A DNA stretch of 64,000 bases from a virus (IMGVR_UViG_3300018719_000041:2037-66036), one strand, 5' to 3'; shown: positions 48,861-58,761, numbered from the stretch's first letter. Program-made: numbers and translations. Notes: generated by a model not told the origin, from the letters alone.

Positions 48861-48994
48861 AACCCCACGACATCCGAGCCATGGACTGGCTCGATCTCCT
48901 CGCCTGGTACGAGGAGGCAGTCGTGCTTGGCCTAGTGGAGCCTGTCGATGGCGGCAACCAAAACCTCTCAGCTCGTCGTCCGCTTACGCGATGA
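48770..48994 (+). CDS. -1 frameshift extension of the chaperone (gpE+E'-like)
   Basis: Slippery T-TTT-TTG at 48770-48776; -1 frame encodes IRAMDWLDLLAWYEEA. Confidence 0.72.
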   Translation, partial: FFAPPLATGQRANPTLWRGYGLSVASHLNLKPHDIRAMDWLDLLAWYEEAVVLGLVEPVDGGNQNLSARRPLTR

Positions 48995-50918
48995 GGTGAC
49001 CGCCCCGGCCGGTCGGGCGTCTCGCTCTCTCAGGAATCTCAAGAACGAAGCCCGAGACAGCGCCAGCATCGGTAGCAGCATAGCCGGGATCAGTCGTGCC
49101 GCCCTTGCGCTCGGCGGGACCACCCTTGGTGTCTATGGCTTGAGCCGGGCCATAAGTGACACCGTCAAAAAGACCGCGGACCTAGAACGGCGCATGACAC
49201 GGATCCGCCTCACGGCCGATGCGTCTGCAAGCGCCATGGCAGCCGCCACGACGAAAATGCAGGATCTTGCCGTCGAAGTAGCTCTTCCTTTCGATAAGAT
49301 TGCCAGCGGCATGGAGGCGCTTGTCGCTCAGGGACGGACGCTGCCGGAGGCGCTCGCCTTTCTTCCTGCCGTGGCCCGTACTGCGCAGGCGGCCGGTGCC
49401 GAGGTCGACGATATTGCACGTTCGGCGGGCTCCCTCGGCGATCAGTTCAAGATAGCCGCCGGCGAAATGCAGCTCGCCTTCGACATGATGGCCGCCGGCG
49501 GCAAGGCAGGGCAGTTCGAACTCAAGGACATGTCTCAATATTTCCCTAGCCTCGCCGCTCAGGCAGCCGCACTCGGATTCAAAGGGACGGACGGTCTGGC
49601 CACTCTTGTCTCTGCGCTCCAGATGGTGCGCAAGAACACCGGCACGGCAGGCGAAGCGGCAACCTCGCTCTCGGACGTCTTCGGCAAGATGGAGAGCAAA
49701 GACACCATCAAGGCATTCAAGAAGAACTTCGGCATCGATCTTGCAAAGTCGTTTGCGAAAGCCCGCAAGGAGGGCCGCAATCTGTTCGAGGTCCTCGAGG
49801 CCGCGATCGTCAAGATCGCAGAGAAGGACCTCTCAAACGTCAACAAGGTTTTCACCGACAAGGAGGCTCGCCGCGGCGCCCTGGCGATCGCTCAGTACGC
49901 GCAGGAGCGACGGAAGCTCGATCAGCAGATCCGCACCGAGTCGAGCGGGACGGTCATGAACGACCTGGCGGCCGTCACGAAAGACGCTCAGGCCGAACTC
50001 GATCGGCTGAGCGAGAGCTGGGACGCTTTTCAAAAGAGGCTCGGCAAAAAGATCGAACCGGCGGTTGTCGGCGTTCTTCGTAGCATCCGCGAGCAGCTCG
50101 ATGGCACCAGCCAGCCCCGAGCCATCGATCTGCCGGTGGTCCGCCCAGGCATCAACCCGGCATCGAAGCCGGACCGGGAGCGCATCGACCGTCCAGCCCC
50201 TGGCAGCGGCGGCTCCCGGTCCCGCGAAAAGAGCGAGTTTGTTCACGATCCGGAGGTCTAATCCACCCGCCAGTTCATGAACACCTTTGCGAAGGGCATG
50301 CGGGCACAGCGGGAGCGGCAGGCAGGGACGTCGGTCAGCTCGACGGAGCAGTATGTCACTCAGGTCAGTGTGCCGAACCTGATTGCCGAAATCCGCGCCC
50401 GGGCGAAAGCCGCGGGCGGGGTGACGGAAGGGCAGTCGATCCGGGAGCAGATGGCGGCCGAGGCCGAGCTGGAGCGGCTCGCACAGCGCCACATCGCAGC
50501 CAGGCGGGCCGAGGCGGATCGAACCGGCCCGGGGCCGTCGCCGGCTGACGAGATGGAGTTTCGGACAAGGGTGCCGGAACTGCACCGGATCGTCATGCAG
50601 CAGGACGCTGCCCGCAACGGTCAGGCGTCACCGGACGAGACTGCCATCGCCAGCCATGTCCAGGAGACGTTCAGGCAGGTGGAGGGCAGCATTGCAAACA
50701 CGCAGCAGGCGCTCCAATCGCTTGAAAAAACCGTCACGCCCAACGTGGATCTTGCATCACTTCGTGAGACCGACTCGCTGCTGGATTCCATCCTGAAGAA
50801 ACTCGGCCAGATCGGTCCCGCCATCCAGAGCGCCGGAAGCGGGATCTCCTCGCGGTCGTTCGGGCGTCATTTCGAATCCCGTCAGAGCGGGTCGTTCTCC
50901 GACTTCGAGCATCGGTAA
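48948..50918 (+). pseudogene. Tape measure gene interrupted by one in-frame TAA (50259-50261)
   Basis: ORFs 48948-50261 and 50277-50918 share a frame; GKAGQFELKDM..YFP tape-measure core. Confidence 0.65.
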
Positions 50919-50929
50919 GGATTGAGCGC

Positions 50930-51358
50930 ATGCTGTATCAGGTTGGGGCGCTGACGTTTCGCGTCACGGCGCCCAACATCCACGAGGTCGAGAAGGAGGC
51001 AGCGGCCGACTTCGCCGAGAAGGACGTCATGGGGACGCTGCGCCCCCTGGAGGCGATGGGGGAGGGGCCGAGCACCTTCACTCTTCGCGGGCGCCTTTAC
51101 CCTCGCCGGTGGGGAGGGCTCTCGAGTCTCGATCTTCTGGAGCAGATGCGCCTTGCTCAGGATTCGCACATTGTCATCCGCGGTGACGGCGTGAACCTGG
51201 GTTGGTGGGTCATCGACCGTTATCGCGAGAAGCACAATCAGATCGGGCGGACAGGTATCGGCAGCACCATCGATTACGAGGTGGTGCTGAAAAAATCCCC
51301 CAAGCCTCCGACCGCCCTGGGCTACGTCGTCACGCTGATGAGGTTGATCGGGTTATGA
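50930..51358 (+). CDS. Tail protein (P2 gpU-like)
   Basis: MLYQVG...F, LE.MGEG...TL.G and GDG.NLGW.VI motifs. Confidence 0.85.
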   Translation: MLYQVGALTFRVTAPNIHEVEKEAAADFAEKDVMGTLRPLEAMGEGPSTFTLRGRLYPRRWGGLSSLDLLEQMRLAQDSHIVIRGDGVNLGWWVIDRYREKHNQIGRTGIGSTIDYEVVLKKSPKPPTALGYVVTLMRLIGL

Positions 51359-51582
51359 CCATCGAGACGCTCCCTCCCGTGGACACCGAGTTCACGACGC
51401 TCGATCTGCTGCTCTACCGCCGTTTCAGGCGTGAGATCCTGGGCTTTGTCGAGAAGACGCTCGATCTCAATCCTGGCCTCGCCGATCTTGGTCCATTCTT
51501 GCCGATGGGAACTGAGGTGAAGATCGAAGTTCCAGTGCCCGTGAAGGCTCGCCCCGTCCGCATCCTTCGCCTGGTCAATTGA
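51355..51582 (+). CDS. Tail protein X
   Basis: VE.TL.LNPGLA.LGP.LP.GT. Confidence 0.85.
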   Translation: MTIETLPPVDTEFTTLDLLLYRRFRREILGFVEKTLDLNPGLADLGPFLPMGTEVKIEVPVPVKARPVRILRLVN

Positions 51583-51594
51583 GGTGGGTAAGCC

Positions 51595-52653
51595 ATGACA
51601 TCACATGTCATCATCAATATCAGCGAGCAGGTCTTCGAAGCGGTCACGGGATCGGGCGACGAGTCCGACAGTCTCGGCTCTCAGGTCATGTCCGTGAAGA
51701 TCACCGACGCATCGGGCAAGACGGCAGATACCTGCGAGATCGAGCTGAACGACATGGACGATCAGATCGTCATGCCGCGCAAGAACGCGCCGATCGAGGT
51801 CATCCTGTACCGGGACGACAAGCCGGGCGCGATCACCTTTAGCGGTTGGATCGGCGTCCCCAGCTCTCGCGGTGCACGCGGCAGCGGACAGGTCATCCTG
51901 ATCGAGGCCAAGGCCGCTGACATGCGCAGCGGCTTGAAGATCCGAAAAGAAAAGCATCTCGACGATTCCACGTTCGAGCAGGCTGCACAGGCGTTCGCCC
52001 CGGATGGCGTCACGGTCAAGATCGCGGGCGAACTCGGCCAGATCCGCCGCGATTACTGGTACCTGGGCCGAGAGAACTTCATGCACTGGGCGCAGCGCAC
52101 AGCGGCCGAGCTGGGCGCCACGTTCAAGATCATGGGGACCACGGCCGTCTTCGTGCCCATGAACTCAGGTCAATCCGTCTCCGGGAAGCCGCTGCAGACC
52201 ATCGAGGCGACGAAGGGCGTCAACATCATCAGCTGGGATATGTCGCCCGAGAACGAGCGCAACGACCGCGACGAATTCGAGGTCACTTGGTATGACCCCG
52301 CAGACGCCAAGTGGAAGACGCAGGACGGCACAGTCAAAGTGATCGGGCGCGGCAACACCGGCACTTATGGCTACTCCGCAGCAGACCAGGACACAGCCGG
52401 GCATATCTCGAAGTCCCTCAAGAAAAAGAAGGAGCGGGAGAGAGGCGGTGGCGAGGTTACCATCGACGGCGAGCCTGCCGCTCAAGCCGAAGCCTTGTGC
52501 GTGGTTACGATCCGCCCCGGCATCTCCGGCACCTACCTGATCGACAAGGCCGAGCACAGATGGACCCGCAAGCAGGGGTTTCTCACCAAGCTCGATTTGA
52601 AAATGCCAAAGGACGCGGCTGGAACGGACGATCGCGATTCCTCTGACGACTGA
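51595..52653 (+). CDS. Late control D / baseplate hub protein
   Basis: ITD..G..ADTCEIEL.D, GATFKI and G.Y.I....H motifs. Confidence 0.85.
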   Translation: MTSHVIINISEQVFEAVTGSGDESDSLGSQVMSVKITDASGKTADTCEIELNDMDDQIVMPRKNAPIEVILYRDDKPGAITFSGWIGVPSSRGARGSGQVILIEAKAADMRSGLKIRKEKHLDDSTFEQAAQAFAPDGVTVKIAGELGQIRRDYWYLGRENFMHWAQRTAAELGATFKIMGTTAVFVPMNSGQSVSGKPLQTIEATKGVNIISWDMSPENERNDRDEFEVTWYDPADAKWKTQDGTVKVIGRGNTGTYGYSAADQDTAGHISKSLKKKKERERGGGEVTIDGEPAAQAEALCVVTIRPGISGTYLIDKAEHRWTRKQGFLTKLDLKMPKDAAGTDDRDSSDD

Positions 52654-52676
52654 ATCCCTCACAATTGGAGACGATC

Positions 52677-53009
52677 ATGACTGCACAGGCACGGATCGAG
52701 TGGGTCGAGCTTGGGGCTGGCAAGCTTCAGGACGGCCTAGGGCACAACATCATCAAGGCCTTTCATGGAGCCTTGACGATCGGAGTCGACACCACGGCCA
52801 CCGCAGTCGGTGACCGGCCAGTAGCGCCGGTCACCGGTTTCGCCCTCGTTCGTCACGCGGGAGGCTCCGACAACCCGATCGTCGTGAACGCCTGGGGGGA
52901 CGATCCCGTCGCAACGGCAGCGAACGGCAAGGCGGTCTATCCCGGCGAAGAAATCCCGATCCATGTCGCGAAGGGCCAGAAGCTCTCGCTCATCGAGATC
53001 GCGCCATGA
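52677..53009 (+). CDS. Hypothetical virion-associated protein
   Basis: RBS GGAG; DPVAT...G.KLS.I pattern. Confidence 0.6.
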   Translation: MTAQARIEWVELGAGKLQDGLGHNIIKAFHGALTIGVDTTATAVGDRPVAPVTGFALVRHAGGSDNPIVVNAWGDDPVATAANGKAVYPGEEIPIHVAKGQKLSLIEIAP

Positions 53010-53146
53010 TCTCCTACACCTTCGGCTACGGCTACGGCTTCCGATCGAGCCGGGGGCAGGGGCGACTCACGATCACCTTCGGCGCCATCATCACTAATGG
53101 CGGCGATCCCATCGCCACAGCGCGCGGCGACATCCTCACCCTCTAG
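53006..53146 (+). CDS. Small protein (46 aa), below the ORF track cutoff
   Basis: Manual translation MISYTFGYGYGFRSSRG...; ATGA overlap; stops 8 nt before the esterase ATG. Confidence 0.5.
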   Translation: MISYTFGYGYGFRSSRGQGRLTITFGAIITNGGDPIATARGDILTL

Positions 53147-53154
53147 GTCATTCC

Positions 53155-54993
53155 ATGACGAAAATCTCTCTGACGCCGGAGAAGGTTCTCTTCTCCGAAC
53201 GGGACCGCTTGCCTGCCTACGACGCCGCCCTCGACCGCTGGGGGCATACGCAGCCCGGCTACGACATCGCTGTCATCGCCGGACAGTCCAACGCGGTCGG
53301 GTTCTCGGGCAATGCCTCGGTGGATTCCAAGATCGACTGGAAGCACAACCGCATCTGGCAGTGGTCTCCGACCGGAGCCGGTGAGCCCGACTATGCGCTC
53401 AAGCGCCTGGAGATCGAGGAGCCGCTTCGTTTCCAGCGGTTCGAGAACATTCCCGACATTGATCAGACGAAATGGGGTCCGAGCTGCGGCACCTGGTTCG
53501 GGCGCGAGAGCGTGCCGTTCTTAGGCCCAAACCGCGACATCGTGCTCATCCCGGCTGCCGTCGGCGGGTCGAACATCAACGATTGGAACCCGGTCAACGG
53601 GCCGTTCTTCCTGCTGGCGCGGGATGCGCTCCTCGCAGCTCTCGCTGCGCTTCCGAACGCGCGGTTGCGCTGGATCATCCGCGTGCAGGGCGAGGCGGAC
53701 GTGGCGCAGGGCATGGACCCGGCGGAATACGAGACCAAGCTCGACGCGGAGATCGATGGCTGGCGCGCGATCCCGACCGCCGAGACCGCCACGATCATCC
53801 TCGGCAGCATGCCGCCGAGCTGGGGCAATATCCGCGTGCCCGGCAGTCAGGGCCATGCCATCGACCAGATCCATCGCAACACGCCACTGCGCAAGCCGCG
53901 CTGCATCTACGTGCCGGGGCAGGATACCGTTGTGGTCGGTGACGGGATTCACTACGATGCCGCCGCGCAGCGGGAGAACGGCCGCCGCATGGCGATCAAG
54001 GCCCGCAGCGATTGCGTCCTGACGAATGGCGCAGTTCTCGGCGTTCCGTCCGATCTGCGCGTATCGGGAGCGACCGTCACTTGGAAGGGACCGCTGTCCG
54101 ACGCTTCACACTATGCCGTCGAGCGGAGGCCTGCGGGCTCGATGGGGGCCTGGACGCGCATCACATATAGCCCGAAACTGTTCTCCGCGCCCGGCGCCGA
54201 CGTGTCCTACACCTTCGACGATCTCAGCGGCGACACCGAGGTCCGGGTCGCGAGCATGTATCACGACAAGATTTCTGACTTCACCGACCTGGTCGTCGTA
54301 TCCTTCGTCGCGGTGCCGCAGCATACCTTCCTGCTCGACATCGCCAATGCGAGCGTGGGTGGTGACGGAAAGATCGCCAGCGTGCCGAACCTCGGCACTG
54401 ACGCGATGCCTTGGACGGCTCCGTCCGGCAAAGGACCGGAGCAGGTTGTTGTCGGCGCTCGGGCGAGCCTCGTGACGGAGCCGGCGGACGCATATCTGAC
54501 CTATGGGAACGCGCCGAGCGGCGCGTCCTATACGTGGGAGATCGTGGTCAACCACGACGACTTCGAGGCCCAAGGCGTCTACCTGATCGACGGCGGTAAC
54601 GGTGTGCCGTTCTCGATCTGGCGCGGCGGCCATCTCAGCCGCAAGGTTTATGTAGGGCAGGCGGGGGTCGGCGATCTCATCGTGGTCGGGCAGATGCAGG
54701 CCGGTGCAGATTACGTTCTGCACTCAACCTACGACCTCGCGACACAGACGCTCTCCCTTTACATCAACGGCGACCTGGTCGGGCAGGCGACGGGGGTGTC
54801 CGCCATGCCGTCGTCCGGGATCGTGCTCAACGCCCTCGCCAATGGAACCGGCGGCAACAACGGCCGGTATCACTCGGTCGGAGGCTGGATCGGCACGGCG
54901 CTGACGCCGGAACAGGTCAATTATCGCAAGACCCTCCTCGTCAATGCCCTCGATCTGACGCTCGGGGAACTCGGGCCCGAAGCTCTCGGCTGA
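53155..54993 (+). CDS. SASA/SGNH carbohydrate O-acetylesterase + FN3-like + LamG-like domains
   Basis: AGQSN, QGEAD and DGIHY motifs; C-terminal TYD.....LYING. Confidence 0.85.
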   Translation: MTKISLTPEKVLFSERDRLPAYDAALDRWGHTQPGYDIAVIAGQSNAVGFSGNASVDSKIDWKHNRIWQWSPTGAGEPDYALKRLEIEEPLRFQRFENIPDIDQTKWGPSCGTWFGRESVPFLGPNRDIVLIPAAVGGSNINDWNPVNGPFFLLARDALLAALAALPNARLRWIIRVQGEADVAQGMDPAEYETKLDAEIDGWRAIPTAETATIILGSMPPSWGNIRVPGSQGHAIDQIHRNTPLRKPRCIYVPGQDTVVVGDGIHYDAAAQRENGRRMAIKARSDCVLTNGAVLGVPSDLRVSGATVTWKGPLSDASHYAVERRPAGSMGAWTRITYSPKLFSAPGADVSYTFDDLSGDTEVRVASMYHDKISDFTDLVVVSFVAVPQHTFLLDIANASVGGDGKIASVPNLGTDAMPWTAPSGKGPEQVVVGARASLVTEPADAYLTYGNAPSGASYTWEIVVNHDDFEAQGVYLIDGGNGVPFSIWRGGHLSRKVYVGQAGVGDLIVVGQMQAGADYVLHSTYDLATQTLSLYINGDLVGQATGVSAMPSSGIVLNALANGTGGNNGRYHSVGGWIGTALTPEQVNYRKTLLVNALDLTLGELGPEALG

Positions 54994-55010
54994 CCGGCCG
55001 GGATCATAGC

Positions 55011-55036
55011 GCCGCCTTCGGGCGGCTTCTTCTTTT
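55011..55036 (+). terminator. Intrinsic terminator
   Basis: GCCGCC-TTCG-GGCGGC followed by TTCTTCTTTT. Confidence 0.7.
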
Positions 55037-55056
55037 CCACCATCAAGGGCATTTCC

Positions 55057-55761
55057 ATGCAAAGCGTGCGTGACGTTCAGATCGCGCTGCGCCGGCTCGG
55101 CTATGACCCTGGACCCGCCGACGGCATCCAGGGCCGCCGCACCATCGCGGCCATCAAGGCATTCCAGAGGGACCAGAAACTCCATGTCGACGGTGTGGTG
55201 GGCGCCGTCACCCTGGCGCGGCTCTTTCCCGGCGGGTCGACCAGGCCGGAGCCCGCAATCTTCGTGCCATGGTACGCGGAGGCCTCGCGGCTCATGGGGA
55301 CGCGGGAGATCGAAGGGCCGAAGCATTCCTCCGTCATCATGGGGTGGGCGGAACGGCTGGGGCTCTGGTATCCGTCGGACGAAACCGCGTGGTGCGGCCT
55401 CTTCGTGGCCCACTGCATCGGCGCCACGCTGCCGAACGAACCCCTGCCGGCAAACCCGCTCGGCGCCCGCAACTGGACCAAGTTCGGCCGGGCCCTGCAG
55501 GAGCCCGCCAGTGGCGCGGTGGCGGTGTTCTGGCGTGGATCCAAGACCGGATGGCAGGGGCATGTGGGCTTCGTGGCGGCGGTTCATAAGGACGACCGGA
55601 GCCTGCTGATCCGCGGCGGCAACCAGGGCAACAGCGTCTCCGACGCCTGGCTTTCCACGGACCGCCTTCTTTCTCTCCGCTGGCCGTCGACGGCGGCGCT
55701 ACCACTCTCCCGCGTCCCTGTCTCAATCGTGGGCGGAGAACTGTCCACCGACGAGGCCTGA
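55057..55761 (+). CDS. Endolysin: PG-binding + NlpC/P60 (TIGR02594-like)
   Basis: Q..L..LGY.PG.ADG..G; DETAWCG.FV, GHVGF and GGNQ motifs. Confidence 0.88.
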   Translation: MQSVRDVQIALRRLGYDPGPADGIQGRRTIAAIKAFQRDQKLHVDGVVGAVTLARLFPGGSTRPEPAIFVPWYAEASRLMGTREIEGPKHSSVIMGWAERLGLWYPSDETAWCGLFVAHCIGATLPNEPLPANPLGARNWTKFGRALQEPASGAVAVFWRGSKTGWQGHVGFVAAVHKDDRSLLIRGGNQGNSVSDAWLSTDRLLSLRWPSTAALPLSRVPVSIVGGELSTDEA

Positions 55762-55815
55762 GATCCCGCGCCCGGCCGGACCCGCCGGGCAACCTCCCAA
55801 CGAACGGAAAATCCT

Positions 55816-56331
55816 ATGAAACCATCCCACCATCTGTTTGCGGGCGCTGCGGCTCTGGCTGTGGCACTCGTGGCCTTCACTCTAGCAGCATGCCTCTCCC
55901 CGCCGGCTCAGGCCGCCACGGTCACCATCCCCTATGGCGATCAGATCGCGGAAGGCGCGCACATCGCGAGCGCGGTCATCACGCCGCTGTTGCTTCTTCT
56001 CCTGTCGAAGCTGACAGGACCTGTCGGGCTTTTCCTGCGCACCTTTCTAGGCGAGAGATTGATCCGCAACGCGGTCGATTATGCGGTTAACGCCGTCGAG
56101 GGGGCCTCCAAAGGCAAGACGCTCTCGGTCAATGTCGGTTCCGAGGTGCTTGCGCAGGCGGTTCAATATGCGCTCGACCAAGGGGCGCCGTGGCTCGTGT
56201 CGAAACTCGGTGGACCGGAAGGCATCAGGCTCAAGATCTTCAGGGCTCTGGACCTCGAGGAGGATGCCAGCGTCAAGCTGCTCAAAGCGCCTCCCGTGAA
56301 TGCCTTGGCGACCATCCGTAAGGCCAGCTGA
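55816..56331 (+). CDS. Membrane protein of the lysis cassette (holin-like)
   Basis: Multiple hydrophobic segments; follows the endolysin. Confidence 0.6.
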   Translation: MKPSHHLFAGAAALAVALVAFTLAACLSPPAQAATVTIPYGDQIAEGAHIASAVITPLLLLLLSKLTGPVGLFLRTFLGERLIRNAVDYAVNAVEGASKGKTLSVNVGSEVLAQAVQYALDQGAPWLVSKLGGPEGIRLKIFRALDLEEDASVKLLKAPPVNALATIRKAS

Positions 56332-56386
56332 TCACACCTGCGCCCCTTTGGGCGCAGGTACGTCATGAAAACAATGGGGGCAGGCA

Positions 56387-56752
56387 GTGGCTGAGCCAGT
56401 ATCTACGAGCGTCCAAACCGCTCTTCTCGTGAGCGCCGCAACGGGCGGCGCCGTCTCTGCGCTACGACGAAAGGGCCCGTGGTGGGTTCGGTTCTCCGCG
56501 GGCTTCAGTGGCGCGGCCGCGTGCTACTTTCTGACACCGATCGCCGCGCCCATCGCCGAGCTCGCGATAGAGAAGGCAATCGTCACGCTTCTCGGAACCC
56601 CCTTGGATCTCGACACAGCCGGCGTGTGGGGAGCCGTTGGTTTCCTCATCGGCTCGACCGGTCTTGAGCTGATGGAGATCCTTGTCGACGTGCTGCGGGG
56701 CGAACGACGCCTTTCCGATCTCTTGGGCGGCCGAACAAAGCCGGCCGCCTGA
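56387..56752 (+). CDS. Putative holin
   Basis: Small multi-TM protein (GGAVS, FLTP, GFLIG..G). Confidence 0.65.
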   Translation: MAEPVSTSVQTALLVSAATGGAVSALRRKGPWWVRFSAGFSGAAACYFLTPIAAPIAELAIEKAIVTLLGTPLDLDTAGVWGAVGFLIGSTGLELMEILVDVLRGERRLSDLLGGRTKPAA

Positions 56753-56812
56753 ACCAGCTCCATCCGACGCATCGGATGGGGAAGCCCTTTCTGGGCGTTT
56801 CCTCTCTGAACT

Positions 56813-56855
56813 GCCCCCGCTTGGCTCAGGCCAGGCGGGGGCTTTTTTTGTTTTT
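56813..56855 (+). terminator. Strong terminator ending the late operon
   Basis: GCCCCCGC...GCGGGGGC followed by TTTTTTTGTTTTT. Confidence 0.85.
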
Positions 56856-57180
56856 AGAGAAAATTTTTTGCTGCGAGAAGTTGATCGTCCATCAGCTTTC
56901 TACTTGTGAGCGGTGAATTTGAGGAAAGGTAGCACATCAGAAAGACCATCTACTTAGAACTGACTTTCCTCCTAGCGCTGTCGCAGTTTTCTGTATCTAG
57001 CCACCATGGTAACTTTCTGAATAGAAATAACGTACCGGTCAGGGCGGATCCTCAACTCACCCGTAGAGCCTGCAAGCACAATGAATACTGCAGGTTCAGG
57101 GTACGTGAGAGCCCTCTCTGGACTGGGCAATCGGCTCGTTGATTTATCGTTTTAATCTGTTTCCATCAGCGGATCATGCC

Positions 57181-57921
57181 ATGGTTTGCAGTGCACATAT
57201 TGACGTGAATGCTGTGTTGGAGCCCATCGAGGTGCTCAACCATTTAAACGATCCGGAAGACATCTTCAGCCATCTCGAAAAACATCTGGCCCGTTATGGG
57301 TTTACTTCATTTCTTGTTTCAAGATTGCCTTCGCAGCATCAGCGCCTGGAGCCTTACATCCTGCTCAACGGCTGGTCCCTGGACTGGTATTATCAGTACA
57401 CGAAGGTGAACCACTACGAGAGCGACCCGGTCGCGCGGCACTGCTTTACGACACCCAATCCGTTCACCTGGGATGAGCTGCCGTCCGATCTTCTGGAGAG
57501 TAGGGAGGCCCAGCTCGTGATGGACGAGGCTGTCGAGTTCGGTCTCGGCCAAGGCTTCACGGTTCCTATCCATGGATTCTTCAATTCCTTGGCTTTGGTG
57601 ACGATGGCCGGGCCTTGGATCGAAATGTCGCCGTGCGAGCGGCATCTGGTTCACCTGATGTCGATCTTTGCCCACAGCGCTGCGGAGCGGACCGTACGGA
57701 AGATTGATCTTCCCAAAACCATAGGGCTGTTGTCTGAGCGCGAGCGGGACATCCTGAGATGGCTTACAGAAGGATTGACGCTCATCGAGGCCAAGGAGCG
57801 CCTGGGCATCACCGAGAACACCGTGAACGAATACATGCGCCGGATCCGACGCAAGCTCGGGGCCAGGACGGCTGTTCAGGCTGTGGTCGAGGCTCTCCTT
57901 CGTCGTGAGATCCAACTATGA
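57181..57921 (+). CDS. LuxR-family autoinducer-binding regulator (LuxR1)
   Basis: W...Y........DP...FTW...G pocket; LSERERDILRW..EG HTH; start uncertain (57139 or 57181). Confidence 0.9.
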   Translation: MVCSAHIDVNAVLEPIEVLNHLNDPEDIFSHLEKHLARYGFTSFLVSRLPSQHQRLEPYILLNGWSLDWYYQYTKVNHYESDPVARHCFTTPNPFTWDELPSDLLESREAQLVMDEAVEFGLGQGFTVPIHGFFNSLALVTMAGPWIEMSPCERHLVHLMSIFAHSAAERTVRKIDLPKTIGLLSERERDILRWLTEGLTLIEAKERLGITENTVNEYMRRIRRKLGARTAVQAVVEALLRREIQL

Positions 57922-58196
57922 GCGAATTTAAGAAGCGCCTCGGAGCGGACACCATACCCCTGGCCCGCCATCCTGCCTTACCCGAAACCCATCTCGTGCC
58001 GACGGAACGGGAAGCAGCCCGGCTGTTGTCGCGCATCATTGAGGGACTAACGGTCCACGCTCACCACAGGGGTCGGATCGTTTTCACCTTCGACGCGGAT
58101 GTCGAGTTCCATGATCGTCTCTGCGTATGGGGGGCTGACACCGAGGATCTGGAGGACGATGCGCCACTTGAAGATGATGAATGTGAGGTCGACTAG
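57918..58196 (+). CDS. Small acidic-tailed protein coupled to LuxR1
   Basis: ATGA overlap; C-terminus DTEDLEDDAPLEDDECEVD. Confidence 0.6.
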   Translation: MSEFKKRLGADTIPLARHPALPETHLVPTEREAARLLSRIIEGLTVHAHHRGRIVFTFDADVEFHDRLCVWGADTEDLEDDAPLEDDECEVD

Positions 58197-58242
58197 CTTC
58201 AGGCGACGTTCCACATCGCGCCTATCCTGTTGGTGGCGATCC

Positions 58243-58551
58243 CTAATGCCTTTGGAACTGATTGAGAGCGTCTGTCCCTGGCGCACGAGCATATAGCTCT
58301 TTGATGTTGATCATCATTCGAATGTTGCGGCCACCGCACTCCGAGCAGCGGAGCCGGAGGGCCATGTCGGGCACGGGCAGATCAAGAGGCCAGCCTGCCA
58401 GAGGAACTTCGGCTTCATGATAGCAACGTATTGCCTCGCAGTAGGCCAAGACGGTCCGGTATCCCTCCGCGATGCTCATCCCCACGGTGACAGGCGGGAT
58501 TTCGTTGCGGTTCTCGTCATAGGCACGGCGGGGATTGCGGCGGGATCTCAT
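58243..58551 (-). CDS. Small Zn-ribbon protein
   Basis: CEAIRC.H...RLRCSECG. Confidence 0.7.
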   Translation of the reverse strand: MRSRRNPRRAYDENRNEIPPVTVGMSIAEGYRTVLAYCEAIRCYHEAEVPLAGWPLDLPVPDMALRLRCSECGGRNIRMMINIKELYARAPGTDALNQFQRH

Positions 58552-58727
58552 CTGGAAGACCGTGGCGGCACGGGAAGCCTTCTTAAGGTATGGCCCAGCA
58601 CAGCCTTTTGGAGCGCCATCCGGTGGACACCGTAGTCCGTGGCCAGCTTCTCGAACTCCTTCTCGCCTGACGCATACCGGAGGCGGTCCTCCAATACCTG
58701 ATCGACCGCCAACATTTCGCGCTTCAT
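58548..58727 (-). CDS. Small HTH-like protein
   Basis: LATDYGVHRMALQKAV; ATGA overlap with the next gene. Confidence 0.55.
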   Translation of the reverse strand: MKREMLAVDQVLEDRLRYASGEKEFEKLATDYGVHRMALQKAVLGHTLRRLPVPPRSSR

Positions 58728-58746
58728 GCCTTTGGTGACTCGATGC

Positions 58747-58761
58747 GAACGAAGAAGGAAC
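58747..58761 (-). promoter_or_regulatory. LexA (SOS) box
   Basis: GAAC-GAAGAAG-GAAC, about 20 nt upstream of ATG 58727. Confidence 0.7.

Larger units (their letters stand above)
1..56850. mobile_element. Temperate myovirus-type prophage (lambda-like head, P2-like contractile tail); probably extends past both given ends
   Basis: Ordered recombination, immunity, replication, packaging, head, tail and lysis modules. No integrase or att in window. The cargo region to 64000 may also belong to it. Confidence 0.93.

Noticed and set aside
27810-56752. Gene transfer agent or tailocin interpretation
   Set aside because: Head, cos-type terminase, replication and cI/cro immunity modules are all present
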